A stretch of 64,000 nucleotides of DNA from Mobula hypostoma (Eukaryota): assembly GCF_963921235.1 (NCBI RefSeq), contig NC_086126.1:18476001-18540000 (forward strand). The letters run 5' to 3'. The translations under genes were made by a program, and so were the position numbers. How positions within the stretch are numbered: position 1 is the first letter of the stretch; each line of letters starts with the position of its first letter. This document shows, piece after piece, positions 35,110-50,074 of the stretch. The notes under the pieces are model-generated. The model was not told the DNA's origin, did no database searches, and saw only the letters and a list, made by a program, of their open reading frames with translations.

Positions 35110-35891
35110 ATCATGAATATTGTGATTCCCGCTGCGGGTCCGACTGAGCTTTGCGGGGGAACTTCTCGCATAAAACCCGATATTCCCGGTACCTCTCTGA
35201 CATTCAGTGCGGCCGTGGCGTCCCAGACTTGAAGTGAAACACTGCGTTTCACTCGGGCTGTGTGAGAGAGTGAGACCAGTGGGGTGGTCAGCAGGCCCAC
35301 TTCCTTCTCCCGCTCCAGGAGAGCGTGACTGAGATTCCGCACCTCGCATCCCAAAGCCCAATTCAGCTGAGTTGATTGGGAACTGCTGGAACCTATGTGA
35401 GAGGGGAGGGGCGTCTTGAGAGAGGGATCTGTCTCTGGGGATGGACTGCAGGGGGAAGATATATGATAAACTACCCGGCGACTTTGCCGACTGACCTTCA
35501 ATCAGGTACCATCTACAAATGTTTATTTACATAACATATACAAGAGTAAAATCAAAAATATATAATTACCGCTCTCGGAAATTCCCCTCTGTACCCATCG
35601 CGACCGCATGCTCCCACTCCAAGGACAGCCGGGCATGTCCAAAGCAAACAAAACGGTAACAGCTGCAGCAGCTGTTCATGGCAGGTTTATGGGAGAAGTG
35701 AAAGGCCAGGTGAGACCCTGACGGGGAGGGAGCGCGTTCATCTGTCTCTCGCTGAATCAACCTGTCGGCACAGAACAGCTGATGATCACGGTCAGTCAGT
35801 GCAAAACCGAACAACGCCATCAAGAAGGCAGATCGCCACTACAATAATACAGTGATCAGCAAACGACAACCCTTTCCTTTGCTGTGGTAGT

Positions 35892-35907
35892 GGCTCTTAA
35901 AAGAGCC
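35892..35907 (-). terminator. Histone 3' stem-loop (H3-A)
   Basis: Minus strand reads GGCTCTTTTAAGAGCC. Confidence 0.95.
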
Positions 35908-35936
35908 TTTTCTTGTGTTTGTTGTGGAGGCCGGGT

Positions 35937-36353
<417 letters not shown>

Positions 36354-36839
36354 TCAGAACTGAGAACACAGGCTGAAACACAGGAACAAGATAGACGGAA
36401 CGTCCTCCGGGACAGGATTTTATACTGTTGGAAAGGGTCTTCCCGTCAGCTCTGATTGGCTGAACCAGGTTCCTTACTGCGATTGGTTGATTCATTTCCT
36501 GCAGGCTGGGGGCGAATAACAATTTACGACAAAATAGGAAACTGACCGGCGGTCGGATTTCATTCATCCAGTGTGATTGGCGCAGAATTATTTAAAATCG
36601 CCCGCCAATTTCAGAGCACCCAGCAACGGTCCTAATTACATTTTATTTACAATTAATTGTATGACGGATTATACAATTTCAGTGTTTAAACGAGTAGGGA
36701 TGAGTTCCTGCACAGTTATTTTCGGGAACAAGGTTAAAAAAATCAGGACTTCCAGGATTGTATTACGACGCAAAGTATGTGGCTGTGGGGTGGGAAATCG
36801 ATATTTCATGCAGTTTAATATGTCTCTGAGGAACTGACG

Positions 36840-39140
36840 CGGGAGGGAGGTCTTCATGGATCAATGGGCTCCCTTCCAGGCAGGTGGGAGACCGGGACGA
36901 ACAAGACTATTTGCATCTGAACAGGAGGGGAACCAACATTTTCGTCAAGAGGTTTGATGGTGTCACTTGGCAGAGTTTGAACTAGAGTAGCAAGTGGGAG
37001 AATGTATGTATGACAAGACCGTCTGAAAAGAACGCGAGCCAATGTGAGGCCAATAAACATGGTGGGACTGATTGGCTGAAATGAGTTTATTTCAACACTA
37101 CGAGTGTTACATTAGCAGAGGGACAGGGCTGGCAGCTCAACATTCCTGGGTTTGATTGTTTTACATGTGAGTGGGGGGCGGGGGTGTTAAAAGATGCAGA
37201 GGTTACCCCACTGGGAATGTCACAGCAAACTGGAAGGCTCATCTACAGAGGCATCCTGCAGTTACACTGATGGGATTATCGTATTGGTCCCCAATAACCA
37301 CCGGGAGGTGGAGGATCGGATATGTTGATGCTTATGGAGAGGTGCAGAACAACAGGGTTGTCATAGTGAGGGATTTCATCTTCCCTGGAAACGACTGGAT
37401 CTTGCTCAAATGCACAAGATTTGTTCAGTGAATCCGAGGAGTGTTTGAAACCTTATGTACAGGGCCCAACCAGAGCTGAGAACAGACGGGAATTAGTTTT
37501 GGGAAATGGGCCAGGCCAACTGACAGCCAAGAGTCAGCGAACATTTTGGGAACAGTGATCACAACTTTATTTAAAGTTATGAGTAAGAATAAAATTATAT
37601 CTTGTATGAAGGTACTAAATTGCAGGAGGGCAAGTCAGGACAGAAGAAGACAGGAACCAAGGGGCATTGATTGGGAGCAGCCACTGTCAGACAAGTCCAC
37701 ATCTGACGTGGGAGTTGTTTAAAGACCAGCAACTCTGAGTTCAGGATCAGCATGTTCCGGTGAGGAGTGAGAAGGATGGTAAGTAAGGGAACTTTGGATG
37801 AGCTGAGAGATCCTAAATTTAGTCAGAAGGATATGGAAGGTTTGTGAAGCTAAAGTCAGACTGGGTACCTTTGGAATATAAAGATAGCAGGGAAATGCTA
37901 AAGCAGGTGATAGGAAAGGCCAAATGGGGCCACAAACTGTACTTGTGGAGTGGGACCAAAGATGATCCCAAGGCGTGGTGATTTGTATTAATAAGGCGAG
38001 GATAACCAGAGAATGGAAAGGTTGACTCAAGATTAAAGGAGGAATGTTGTGGTTGAAGTCAGACCAAGTGACTGAGGTACTAAATGAGTATGTTGTGTCA
38101 GTAATTATGAGGAGAAGGAATTGAATGACAATGAAAACAGAGTGAGACATGCTAATGTGCAGAGAGGTGTTGAGATTAAGGAGGAGGCTGTGCTGGGACG
38201 TCTGAGAAGCAATGAGATGGATAAGACTCTAGGCCTGAAGGCATATATCCTGCAATAGTGAAAGAAACAAGTGAGCAGATTGCTGGGGATTTGACAAGGA
38301 TCTACGTGTCCTCGATCACAACACGTGAGGTCCCACAGGACTGGAGTGTCGCAAATGTTGCAGCTTTGATCAAGAAGGGAAATAACAAGAATCCAGGAAT
38401 CTATAGGCAAGGCAGCCTCATTTCAGTGGTAGAGAAGCTCTTGGGGAGGATATTGAGGTACAGGATTTATGCACATTCAGAAAGGCATGGCCTGCTTAGG
38501 GACAATCAACATGGTTTTGTGTGGGCAGATCACGCTTGATAATATTCATTGAGGTTTCTGAGGAGGTGACACAGACTAAGATATTGGAGCAGAATTCGAC
38601 CATTTGGCCCATCAAGTCTGCTCTGACATTTCTTTATGGCTGATCTATTTTTCTTCTCAGCCCCAGTCTCCTGCCTTTCCCCTGTATCCCTTCATACTCT
38701 GACCAATCAAGAATCTATCAACCTCTGCCTTAAATATACATTAAGTCCTGGCTTAACAGCTTCCTTTGGCAATGAATTCCACAGATTCACCACTCTCTGG
38801 CTAAAGGAATTCCTCATCTCCACATTCTACAAGGATGCTCCTCTATTCCGAGGCTGTTCCTCTGATATTAGACACTCCCATCTTCTGCACATCCACTTTA
38901 TCATTGCCTTTCACACTTCGATAGGTTTCAATTGGGCCACTCCTCATTGTTCAAAAATTCCAGTGAATACAGGCCCAGAGCCATCAAACACTCTTCATGT
39001 GGCAACCTGTTTCATCCTGCAATCAACCTGGAGAACTTCCTTTGAAAGCAATCCAGTTTCAGCCCATCCTTCATGAGAAAAAGGGCCCAAATCTGCTCAA
39101 GATACTCCAGTGAGACCTCCCCAGTACTTTATAAAGTCTG
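36840..39140. mobile_element. Decayed CR1 remnants (ORF1 end, endonuclease and RT on +; a 3' fragment on -)
   Basis: EVPQDWSVANVAALIKKG...NPGIYRQGSLISVVEKLL...QHGF; CR1-type 3' end on the minus strand at about 38580-39140. Confidence 0.65.
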
Positions 39141-39369
39141 ATCATTATGATGATTGGCACAGATATTGTGGGCCGAAGGGCAGGTTGCCATCTGCTCCAT
39201 ATTGTGTACTCATGAATATGTTTGATCTGACAGCTATTGCAGGGACATGGTTACAGAGACTGGGACTGGGAATTCGACATTCCACAATATTCAATATTCC
39301 ACACAGAATCAGCAAAATGGAAAGGAGCAGGGTGGATTTGTTCACAATGTGCTGGTGAAGGAGCGGATA

Positions 39370-40966
39370 CAGTTCCTATAAAAAAATGTTCAGTCTCCTT
39401 CGAAGTTATTATGTTTTATTGTTTTGCAATGGATTTAATTTGGCTTTTTTTCACACTAATCAACAGAAAAGACTCCACTTTGTCAAAGTGAAAACAGATC
39501 TCTACAAAGTGATCTAGATTAATTGTAAATATGAAACAAAATAATTCATTGCCTTTGCATTCACCTCCTTCTAATCAGTAATTAGTTGGTGCACCTTTGA
39601 CAGTATTTACAGTTGAGTCTGTGTGGATAGGTGTCTATCAGCTTTGCACGTCTGAACACTGCAATTTTCCCCATTCTTCTTTACAAAACTGCTGAAGCTC
39701 TGTCAGAATGCATGGGTTGGTGAGTCAACAGATCTTTTCAAGTCCAGCCACAAATTCCCAATTGGATTGAGGTCTGGACTCTCACAAAACCACTCCAGGA
39801 TATTAACTTTGTTGTTTTATGGCATTCCTGTGCAGCTTTGGTTTTATGCTTGCGGTCATTTTCTTGCTGGAAAATTAATTTTCTCCAAAGCCGCAGTTCA
39901 CTTGAAGACTGAATTAGGTTTTCCTCCAGGATTTTCCTGTATTTTGCTGCATTCATTTTACCCTCTACTTTTATGTGCCTTTCAGGGCCTGCTGCAGTGA
40001 AGCATACCCACAGGATGATGCAGTCTCCACCATGCTTCACGGTAGGGATGGTGTGTTTTTGATGTTGTGTGGTGTTTGGCTTACTCCAAACTTAGTGTTT
40101 GTGATGGTCAAAAAATTCAATTTTGTTTTCGTCAGACCATAGAATCTTCTTCCAACTAACTTCAGAGTCCCCCACAATCCTGGCAAACTTCAGGCAAGAT
40201 TTCATGAGAGCATTTTTCAACAGTGGCTTTTTCTTTGCCACTCTCCCATAAAGCTGTGACTGGTGAAACACCTGGGCAACAGTTGATGTATGCACAATCT
40301 CTCCCACAACTGAAGCTTGTGACTCCTCTAGAGTTATCATAGGTCTCTTGGTGGCCTCCCTCACTGGCCCCTTCTTGCATGGCCACTCAGTTTTTGAGGA
40401 TTCCCTGCTCTTGGCAGATTTACAGCTGTGCCATATTCTTCCCACTTCTGGATCAGTGACTTAACTATATTCCAAGGGCATTCAGTGACTTTGAAATTTT
40501 CTTGTATCCATCTCCTGGCTTGTATTTTTCAATTACCTTTTTGCACAGCAGCTCAGAGTGTTGATTTGTCTTCACGGTGTAGTTTCTCCCAGGATACTGA
40601 CTCACCAGCAGTTGGACCTTCCACTTACAGGTGTATTATTACTACAATCAATTGAAACACCTTGACTGCACACAGTCATCTCCAATTAACTGATTATGCA
40701 ACTTCGAAAACTAATTGGCTGCACCACTGATGATTTGGTGTGTCATATTAATGGGGGTGGATACTTGTACAGAAAATTATTTTGTGTTTTAGATCTGTAA
40801 TTAATTGAGAGCATTTTGTAGAGATTTGTTTCCACTTTGACACAAAAGAGTCTTTTTCCATTGATTAGTTTCAGAGAAAGCCAAATTCAATCCACTGAGA
40901 TTCAATGTTGTAAAACAACAAAACATGAAAACTTCCAAGGGGTGTGAATACTTTTCATAGGCACTT
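39370..40966 (-). mobile_element. Tc1-like DNA transposon, decayed full-length copy (about 1.6 kb)
   Basis: Transposase pieces WKKILWSDENKIE, KHGGDCIILWVCF, KMNAAKYRKILEENL, IFQQEND.KH. Imperfect terminal inverted repeats of about 200 bp, flanked by TA on both sides. Confidence 0.88.
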
Positions 40967-41699
40967 TACATGTAGGGACAGTGATGGTGAAAGGGGGAGG
41001 GAAAGAAGACATGGGGAGGAGTGGCCTCAAGATCCTGAGGTGTGGTCAAAGGCATTCAAGGAAATATTAAATCAAAGAACATACAAAGAGGCAAGGGCTG
41101 GTGGTAGACAAGAGAATCAGGAATTTTCTAGGAACCAGTGATGAGATAAAAGCTAAAAGTAACAAGGAACACACAGAGAAGTTAACTCAATAATTTGCAT
41201 TAGTGTGCACAGTGGGTCACAGCAAACATCCCACAGATATCTAACGGTGACATTTCAACATTGTGCCATAATGTGTAACGATCGCCATCACAAGGGAGAA
41301 ACTAATGGGACTAAAAGCAAACTTTACCAGGTCCCAATGACCTGCACTGGAGGGTTTCACAGGAAGTCTGGAGAGAAAGTAGAGACATTGAAGTTTGTCA
41401 AAACTCACTGTTACAGAAAGGTCCCAGTGGAGTTGAAAACCATTGTTGAAGAAGAGTGGAAGATGAAAAGCAGGTAACTGTAGTCCTGTTAACTTCACTT
41501 CAGCTACTGGAGTCTATAATCTATGAAGAAATAACAAGTCGTTTGGAAAAGTTTAATACCACTGAACTAACTCAACAGGGTCTACAGTCAGATTCACACA
41601 GATTCCACGATGACCAAAGTTCCCATCTGAGCTTGTGGTCTGTAACTCCCTCACCACCCTATTATGAACAAGGCTATCCTCCCTCCTTGTCCCATTTCT

Positions 41700-44600
41700 C
41701 TGCAGTTGGCCCATGTACTGAAAACCTTTCTTTTCCATCTACCTGTCCAAGTACCTTTTTAATGTATCTGACTCAACCACTCCCCCTCGCAGCTCATTCC
41801 ATTAACTGACCAGTCTCCAGGTCCCTCATGATTTTATACACCTCTGCAATATCAGCACTCATTCTCCAACATTCCAGGGAACATTGTCCGAAACACCTTT
41901 CCACAAATCCTTTGAGATCCAGTAACATCCCCGTAAATCTCCTCTGCACTCTTTCCAGCTTAATGGTGTCTGTCAAAAAGCAGGGTCACTAAAACTAAAC
42001 ACTATTTGCGAAATGCGGCCAAACCAACGTGTTGGACAACTGCAACATTTCATCCCAGCTTCTATATTCGGTGCCCTGACTGAAACCAGTGTTCCAAAAG
42101 CCTCTTCACCACCCTGTCCATCTGGAACCTGGTCTCGGACCCTGTAACCTGGGTTGTTGAATGTTAAGTCATGTTTGACAAACATACCAGAGATTTGAGA
42201 CTTCACAGGGGAAGTTGGAGAAGTGGTGTTTTTGGATTTTCAGGAGTCATTTGCCAAGGTGCCACATGTAAGGCTGGTGGACAAGACCAGAGCTCAGTAC
42301 TGGGAAGGAAGTGTGTTAATACTGACTGAAGACTGGTTATCATACTGAGACTGATTAACAGGTCTGTTTCAGACTGGGATGATATAACTAGTGGAGTAAC
42401 CCAGCGACCAGTTCTGGATTGTTGGTGATTTATTATTGATATTAATGACCCAGAGGAGGGGCAGACAGTGAGGAATCCACAGTGGCAATGACAGGGAATG
42501 TGGCAGATTACATGTTGTGTTTGGACATTTCATCTCTCCAACGGGACATGGGGAAGCTGGTGAGCAGAATACTTGGTGAATGGAGTTTAATGTGGTGAGG
42601 TGTGATGGCATGTAGAGTGGTAGGAGGAATCAAAAGTCAAACTATGATTTATGTGGAGATAAATTGTAAATGAGAGAAATAGAGAGGGGTCGAGGTGCTG
42701 AACTACACAACAAAATAGAGACGGGAGCAGTGAGTGGTTCATAAAACCATATATGACCAAGGTTCAGAGGTGAATGGTTCATTGACATTTACTGCTGGGG
42801 TGTTGGTGCAGAGAAACAGAGGAGTGTTGTTACTGTGACAGACAAGTGCACAATGAAGGATTTTGGGAAGTTAAAGCAGGTCAGGACATACCCAGTGAAT
42901 GGAGGGTCCTGAGGAGTGTTGATGAAAGAGAAACCTGGGACACAGGTACGTAACTCCCTGAAAGTGCCAACACAGGCAGACAAGGTGGTGAAGAAGGAGC
43001 ACAACATGCTTGTCTTCCTCGGCAAAGGCTCTGAGAGGAGTTGGGACATCACATTACAGTTGTACAAATCAATAATTACACCACACCAGGAGTACCCTGT
43101 GCAGTTCTGGTCACATGAAAGGAAGGATGTGATTAAGCTGGAAAGGCACAGAAACAATTCACAGGAATGTTACCTGGACTGGGAGCTTGAGTTACAAGGA
43201 AAAATCAGACCGACTGGGACTGTTTTCCCTAGAGTGAAGGAGACTGAGGGGAGACCTGACAGAAGTTTATAAAACTATGAGAGGTGTAGACAAGGTAAAC
43301 AGGCAGAATCATTTTGCCAGGGTAGAAATATCAAATATGAGAAGGTGAAGCTTTAAAATGCCAGGGTGAGAATTTAAAGGTGGATGTTAGGGCAGGTAAG
43401 ATTTCTGTTTCCGTGCAGATAATGGTGAAGGCCGGGTATGGGCTGCATTGGGGAGTGGTGGAAGCAGATATGATAATGACATTTAACAGGGTCTTAGACA
43501 AGTCCATGAATATTCAGAGAATTTAAGCACATGAATTATAAGCAGGCAGAAGAGATTTAGTTTCATTTGGCTTCGTGTTCAGCACAGACATCATGGGAAG
43601 AAGGGTCTGTTCCTGTGCTGTACTGCTCTGTGTTCTCGGTGAGCCTCATGACAGGGGAGTCTTTAGCCAGGGTCACAGACAGGTGTATCTGTGGTAAGGA
43701 GAGAGACTGCAGGATGGTGCATTACCTCCCTGGCACCAGGGCCAAGGATGGAACTGAACAAGTACAGGCCATTCTAAAAGGGCAGGGTGAGCAGCCACAA
43801 TTGTGGTCCATATTGGCACTAACAAAAGAGACAAAGTCCTGCAAGGAGAACTTAGGGAGTAGGGGAAAATGTTAAGTAGAAACTCTGTGGTGTAGTGGGG
43901 GGGTGGATAATCCCAGTGCCACCTGCTTGCGAGGGAAGAAATAAAAATGGTATTATAGTTCCGGTCCGAAATGTTGACTGTTCGTTTCCACGGATGCTGC
44001 CTGACCTGCTGAGTTCCTCCAGCGTGTTGTGCATGTTGCTTTGACCCCAGCATCTGCAGAGTATTTTGTATTTACAGAGATCCAGCTGAGAGAAGGGCAG
44101 GACTGACAGATAAACATTCCAGGATTCATATGGTTCAGACAGTCCAGAGGGAGGTGACTGAGGGTGGGGATCTGTACTGCTGATCAGGCAGAATGTCATA
44201 AGGTCGAGGTCATCCCAGAGGCGCCTCCACTAAGACAATGTGGGTAGAGTTCAGGAATAAGAAAGGTGCAATCACCGTGATGGGATTATACTGTAGGCCT
44301 CACAGTAGCCAGTAAGAGAGGAACAGATATGTCGGCAGGTTATGGACTGATGTAAAAAGTACAGCGTAGATATGGTGAGTGAATAATCTCCACAGAGTAA
44401 CTGGGACTCCGTTACGCCCTGAGGCTTGGATGGGGCATTATTTGTGTTCAGGAAGGTTTCCTGAAACAATATGTGGTCCACCAGGGAGAGAGACATTCTT
44501 GACTTCACCTTGGGAAATATGGGACTCAGCAGAGTGGTGGCAGGAACAACCAGTGTTCAAAGAGGAATTAGACAGGTCCTTCAGGGGAAATGCCCTGCAG

Positions 44601-45950
44601 AGCTGCGGGGACAGAGTGGGGAATGGGATTGTGGAAATGTTGTAGCAGGAGTTGGTATAAATTTGATGGGTCAAGTAGTCTCGACGATCACAGAATGATT
44701 CTCTGCCCAATAATAGTCTGAAAAAAATTACTCTGGTCGCCAGTGAATCTTCCAAGCTCCAGGATGGACAAGATCAATTGTGTAATAAGGACACACTTCT
44801 GTCAAAACACTGACACTGTATACCAAGCACACTGAGCTGCCAGAGAACAGCACCGGCCAGCAAGGACACAGACCAGTACAACACCCAGCTCTCCACTACA
44901 AAGTTCAAAGCTGAACGTAAATATATTATCAAAATACATTTTGGTCACCATATACAGCCCTGAGATTAGTTTTCTTGTGGGCATACTGCTGGTTTGTTAG
45001 AGCGGTTGGGGAGGGTTTAAACTTATTTGGCAGGGGCGTGGGAACTGGTGTGAAAGGATGCAGCATAGGACAGATGGTGAAAAAGCAGAGATCGCATGCA
45101 GTCACACTGTCAGGAAGGGCAGGCAGATGATAGGACATAACTGCAGCCAGCAGGGTGAGCATCAGTGCATGAGGGATGGAGAATCAATAAGGGTAGCAAA
45201 TGCAGAACTCAAACTGTTATATCTCAATACACGGAGTGTAAGAAATAAGGTGGATAATCTTATTGCCATATTACGGATTGTCATGTCTAATGTCACTGAA
45301 TCACGGCTGAAGGATGTTTCTAGTTGGGAGCTAAATGCCCAAGGTGACACGTATCAGAGGGGTAGGAAGGTAGGCAATGGGGATGGCATGGCTCTGCTGG
45401 TAAAGAATGGTAACAAATCAGTAGAAAGATGTGACATAGGATCGGAAGATGTTGAATCCTTGTGAGTTGAGTTTAAAAACTGCAAGTGTAAAAAAGACGT
45501 TGATGGCAGTTGTATACAGGCCTCTCAACAGTTGCTGAGATGTGGACCACAGATTACAGCAGGAAACAGAAAAGGCAGGTCAAAAGGGGAATGTTGTGGG
45601 AGATTTCATCGGAGTCATGGGAGATTTTTAACATGCGGGTCGATTGGGAAAATCAGGTTGGAAATAGATATGAAGAGAGTGAGTTTGGTGAATGCTGAAG
45701 AGATGGCTTTTTAAGCAGTTTGTCATTGGGCTACTTGGGGATCAGCTATACTGGATTATGTGTTATTGAATAAACTGGAGGTGATTAGGGAGCTTAAGGT
45801 AAAAGAACCCTTAGGAGGCAGTGATCTCAGTATCACTGAGTTCAACTTGAAATTGGACAGGGAGAATGTACAGTCTGACATTACAGTGTTTCAGTGGAGT
45901 AAGGGCAGTTACAGTGGTGTGAGAGAGGAGTTGGCTAAAATAAATTGGAC
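41700..45950. mobile_element. Patchwork of decayed CR1 fragments, with a Penelope-like terminus at about 43960-44075
   Basis: IKLERVQRRFTGML, PHQEYPVQFWS, LYLNTRSVRNKVD, VHYLPGTRAKD. Confidence 0.65.
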
Positions 45951-48350
45951 AGACCTCCCACAGTCTGTCTCCCACAGACCTACTAAAGCACGCAATACAA
46001 ACAGAGCTGCTTTGTGAGAGTTTCTGCTGATTGTGACCCTGCTGGCATTCGACGGCGGTAAACTGAGTCAGAAATGCCATTGAACCTCAAGAGAATGTGA
46101 TCAGGCTTTCTTGTTGCAGATTGACACTGCGGTATTCTTGCAGTGTGAAGGCTTTTACAATAAAATGGCATGAGGCATTTTCTGTTTCAGGAAAACCATA
46201 ACAACTCATTTATTGTCCTCCAAATACAGAAACATAAAGCACAGTTTAAAAAAAACTTCACATACTTGCATCATAACAGCAGTCCAGCTTCTAAAAGAGA
46301 AACACAACAGAATGTCAGTGATCATTAATTACGCACATTTCCAGCCATGACATTACCCTACAGTGACCCCACCCCCCACTGAATCCTCTTACTGCTCCCC
46401 CTCTGTGATCTTTAGAGCAGTTTACTTCCTTTTAGTGACACTTGCAGGATGATACAGAGAGTTCTCTCGTGTGTTAGTGCTCCTAAGGGTGCTGCCATTT
46501 ACTGTGGAGTTTCTTCCAACATTTTACCTGTAAAACTCCTCGCACTTGTCCAGATTAAAATCCATTTCCTCCATTTCTCCATCCATGATTCCAATTGATC
46601 TATATCCACTTCTGTCCATTTAAAAACTTTCCTCACCACCCACAACTACACCAACATTCAAGTCATCAGCAATCTGATCAGCCCATGTGTGTTTTGATCT
46701 GATCAGGCAGAGGTCCCATCACTGATCACTGTGGACATACTGGTTGCATATCTACAGTCAAAATCATTCTCAGTTCCATCAGCCCGAATGTCGCTCCACG
46801 ATACACACCATTCAAACCCTCCCATGCAGAGACTCGAGGAAAGTGACACATTTATCACAAGACCAGAGTTGGATTCAATGGTCTGGACTTGTTGCTCTGG
46901 ATGCTCTGCTCCAAAGTCCATTCAGATTAGTACAATGTAACCAGATACATCATCCCTGAGATACCGATGTACAGCATTGTGTCACAAACAAGAGAAAATC
47001 TGCAGTTGCTGGAAATCCAAGCAACACACACAAAACACTGAACAAACTCAGTGGGTCAGGCAGCATCTATAGAAAAAAAAGTACAGCCAATGATTTGGGC
47101 CAAAACCCTTCGGCAGGACTTAAGGAGAAAATCTGAGGAGTAGATTTAAAAGGTGGAGAAGGGGAGAGAGAAAATAAGGTGAGTGTGAAAGCTGTAGGGG
47201 GCTGGGAAGTTGATTAGTGAAAGAGACAGGAGGCCATGGAAGAAAGAAAAGGGGGGAGGAACACCAGAGGGAGATGGTGGGTGGGTAAGATGATGGGAAA
47301 TGGTGAAGGGGAGGGGGGCAGTGGGAGGCATTACCAGAAATGCGAGAGTTCGATGTTCATGCCGTCAGGTTGGAAGCTACCCATAAGGTGTTGTTCCTCC
47401 AGCAAATGTGTGGCCACATCGCATTGTATGATATTGTTTAAAAAGCTAAAAAGAATTCAATTGTGAGGATGAATCTGAAAGAACTTATATACACGTACAC
47501 TGCATGAGAGACTGGGAGAGACACAGTGCCAAGTATCAACTCTCACACTGTGCCAGAGACTGAAGAGTACAGAATGAACCCTGTACGTAATGTACAGACA
47601 TTACGTACTTTAACAAACCCGAACAACGCTCCTCCCCACCTCAAGACAGCACCACTTTGATCAATTTACACTGCAATGGACTGTCTTGAGACTCGTTCAA
47701 ATTCTCTGCAACACACATCAAAGTTGCTGGTGAACGCAGCAGGCCAGGCAGCATCTCTAGGTCCAGATCCTTCGTCAGGACTAACTGCTAACTGCTCTTC
47801 TCTTTTTACAATTCTGTACAGCAACTTTAGTTCTTGTAAGCGCTGTATCGACGATACTATGTGTTTATGATGCTGCTGCAGTAAATTTATCTTTCTCCTG
47901 GTCCATTTGACCTTCGGTCTCCTGCTGCCCTGTTTCATCACATAAACGTCTCATATTATCGAGTGCGTGTTTGTCTCATTCCACCTGCTTTTCTAGCAGA
48001 TATGACGGGCCGAATGGCCGAATACTGCCTCTGTAGTTGGTCCATTTTGTACTTTAGATTTCCTTCCTGCGGAATTAACCGGCAGCGGCAACTCACCAGA
48101 TCAGCGACAGTTCCCAGTCCACGGTGTTACCCAGAAAGAACACTGGGTAGTGCAGAACGAGTTCTGATTGGTTGAACGAATTCCTTTAGCTATCCAATCA
48201 ACTTATCTCACTGCATGAACGTTACTTCAAATAGCCAATGAAAATCCTCGGCATCCCATCCCTCATTTGCAAACACCTCTGGGCGCTGCCTATTTAATTC
48301 GTGCTCCGGGAGGGATTTGCTTATTTCTGGTTCTGAAGCGGTCAGCTGAA

Positions 48351-48724
48351 ATGCCGGATCCAGCGAAACCCGCTCCGAAGAAGGGCGCCAAGAAAGCTCT
48401 GCCCAAACCAGCGGGCAAGGCAGGGAAGAAGCGCAAGAGGCTGAGGAAGGAGATTACTCCATCTACATCTACAAAGTGATGAAGCAGGTTCACCCCGACA
48501 CCGGCATCTCCTCCAAGGCCATGAGCATCATGAACTCATTCGTCAACGATATCTTCGAGCGCATCGGGGGCGAGGCTTCCCGCCTGGCCCATTACAACAA
48601 GCGTTCAACCATCACCTCCCGGGAGATCCAGACCGCCGTGCGCCTGCTGCTGCCCGGGGAGCTGGCCAAGCACGCCGTGTCCGAAGGGACAAAGGCGGTG
48701 ACCAAGTACACCAGCTCCAAATAA
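48351..48724 (+). pseudogene. H2B: Histone H2B copy B, frameshifted
   Basis: GAGAGTTAC in copy A is GAGATTAC at about 48453 (1-bp deletion). Stem-loop is mutated to GGCTCTTTTATGAGCC (48756-48771). Confidence 0.9.
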
Positions 48725-49292
48725 AGCTCCCCAGTGAGATGATCGAAAACACAACGGCTCTTTTATGAGCCACTCACGATTTCACTGAGAGAGTTGTACC
48801 AGCATTTAGGCAATACATGGCGCACGTTTTATGTCTGGTGACTTTTACAAGAGCTAATGTGCGGTTGGAATATCCGCTTCATTTCCCCCCTATAATCCTG
48901 GTGTTTAACATTCCTCCCACTCCCGTTGCTGTTTTAGCTGTGGGTTGATGAGTTTATTAGTTAGTTAGGTAACTTCTTTGAATCTCATTTTAATTCGAGG
49001 CCGGAACGACTTCACGGTTCTTTCATAGAACAGCATTTTTTTAAATTGCAGACTAGCCGCTGGTCACAGTTTGAGAAGAGACGTTTGTCCATAACCTGAT
49101 AACGTTTACACAATGACCGGCACTGGGCAGAAGCTGAGTGTCAGTTTTACTCGGTTCCTTTACGAGTTGAAAGAAATTAGAAATTTGAGTTCCCAGACAC
49201 TCCATTATCAACTACGCTTGCATTAAATGTGCCTGGTTTCAGTAACGGGGGAAATACGAAGACCCCAGTCATCAAACAGATCAGCAATGATT

Positions 49293-49390
49293 CAAGCAAC
49301 ATATATCAAAGTTGCTGGTGAACGCAGCAGGCCAAGCAGCAACTTTGACGTATGTTGCTTGAATTTCCAGCATCTGCAGAATTCCTGTTG
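49293..49390. mobile_element. 98-bp Penelope-derived fold-back insertion with a 12-bp target-site duplication
   Basis: TCAGCAATGATT at 49281-49292 and 49391-49402; internal inverted arms; absent from copy A at about 19774. Confidence 0.82.
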
Positions 49391-49624
49391 TCAGCAATGA
49401 TTTAATTTCGGATTCAATTTAAACAATAGTTTTTTTTTGGCGGGCTTTTTCCATTTTCCAGTGCACTTCGGGGAGGAGACGGTTACTTTCCGCACTTCTA
49501 CCTTTACGGGCTCTTGATTGGTGATTAAAACAGTTCGTCGATTGGGCCATTTCTTTTCACCAATGAAAACAAGCAGCATTAAACCAATCACAAGCATTAG
49601 TTTGCATTCTCAAAGAAGGTATAA

Positions 49625-50074
<450 letters not shown>

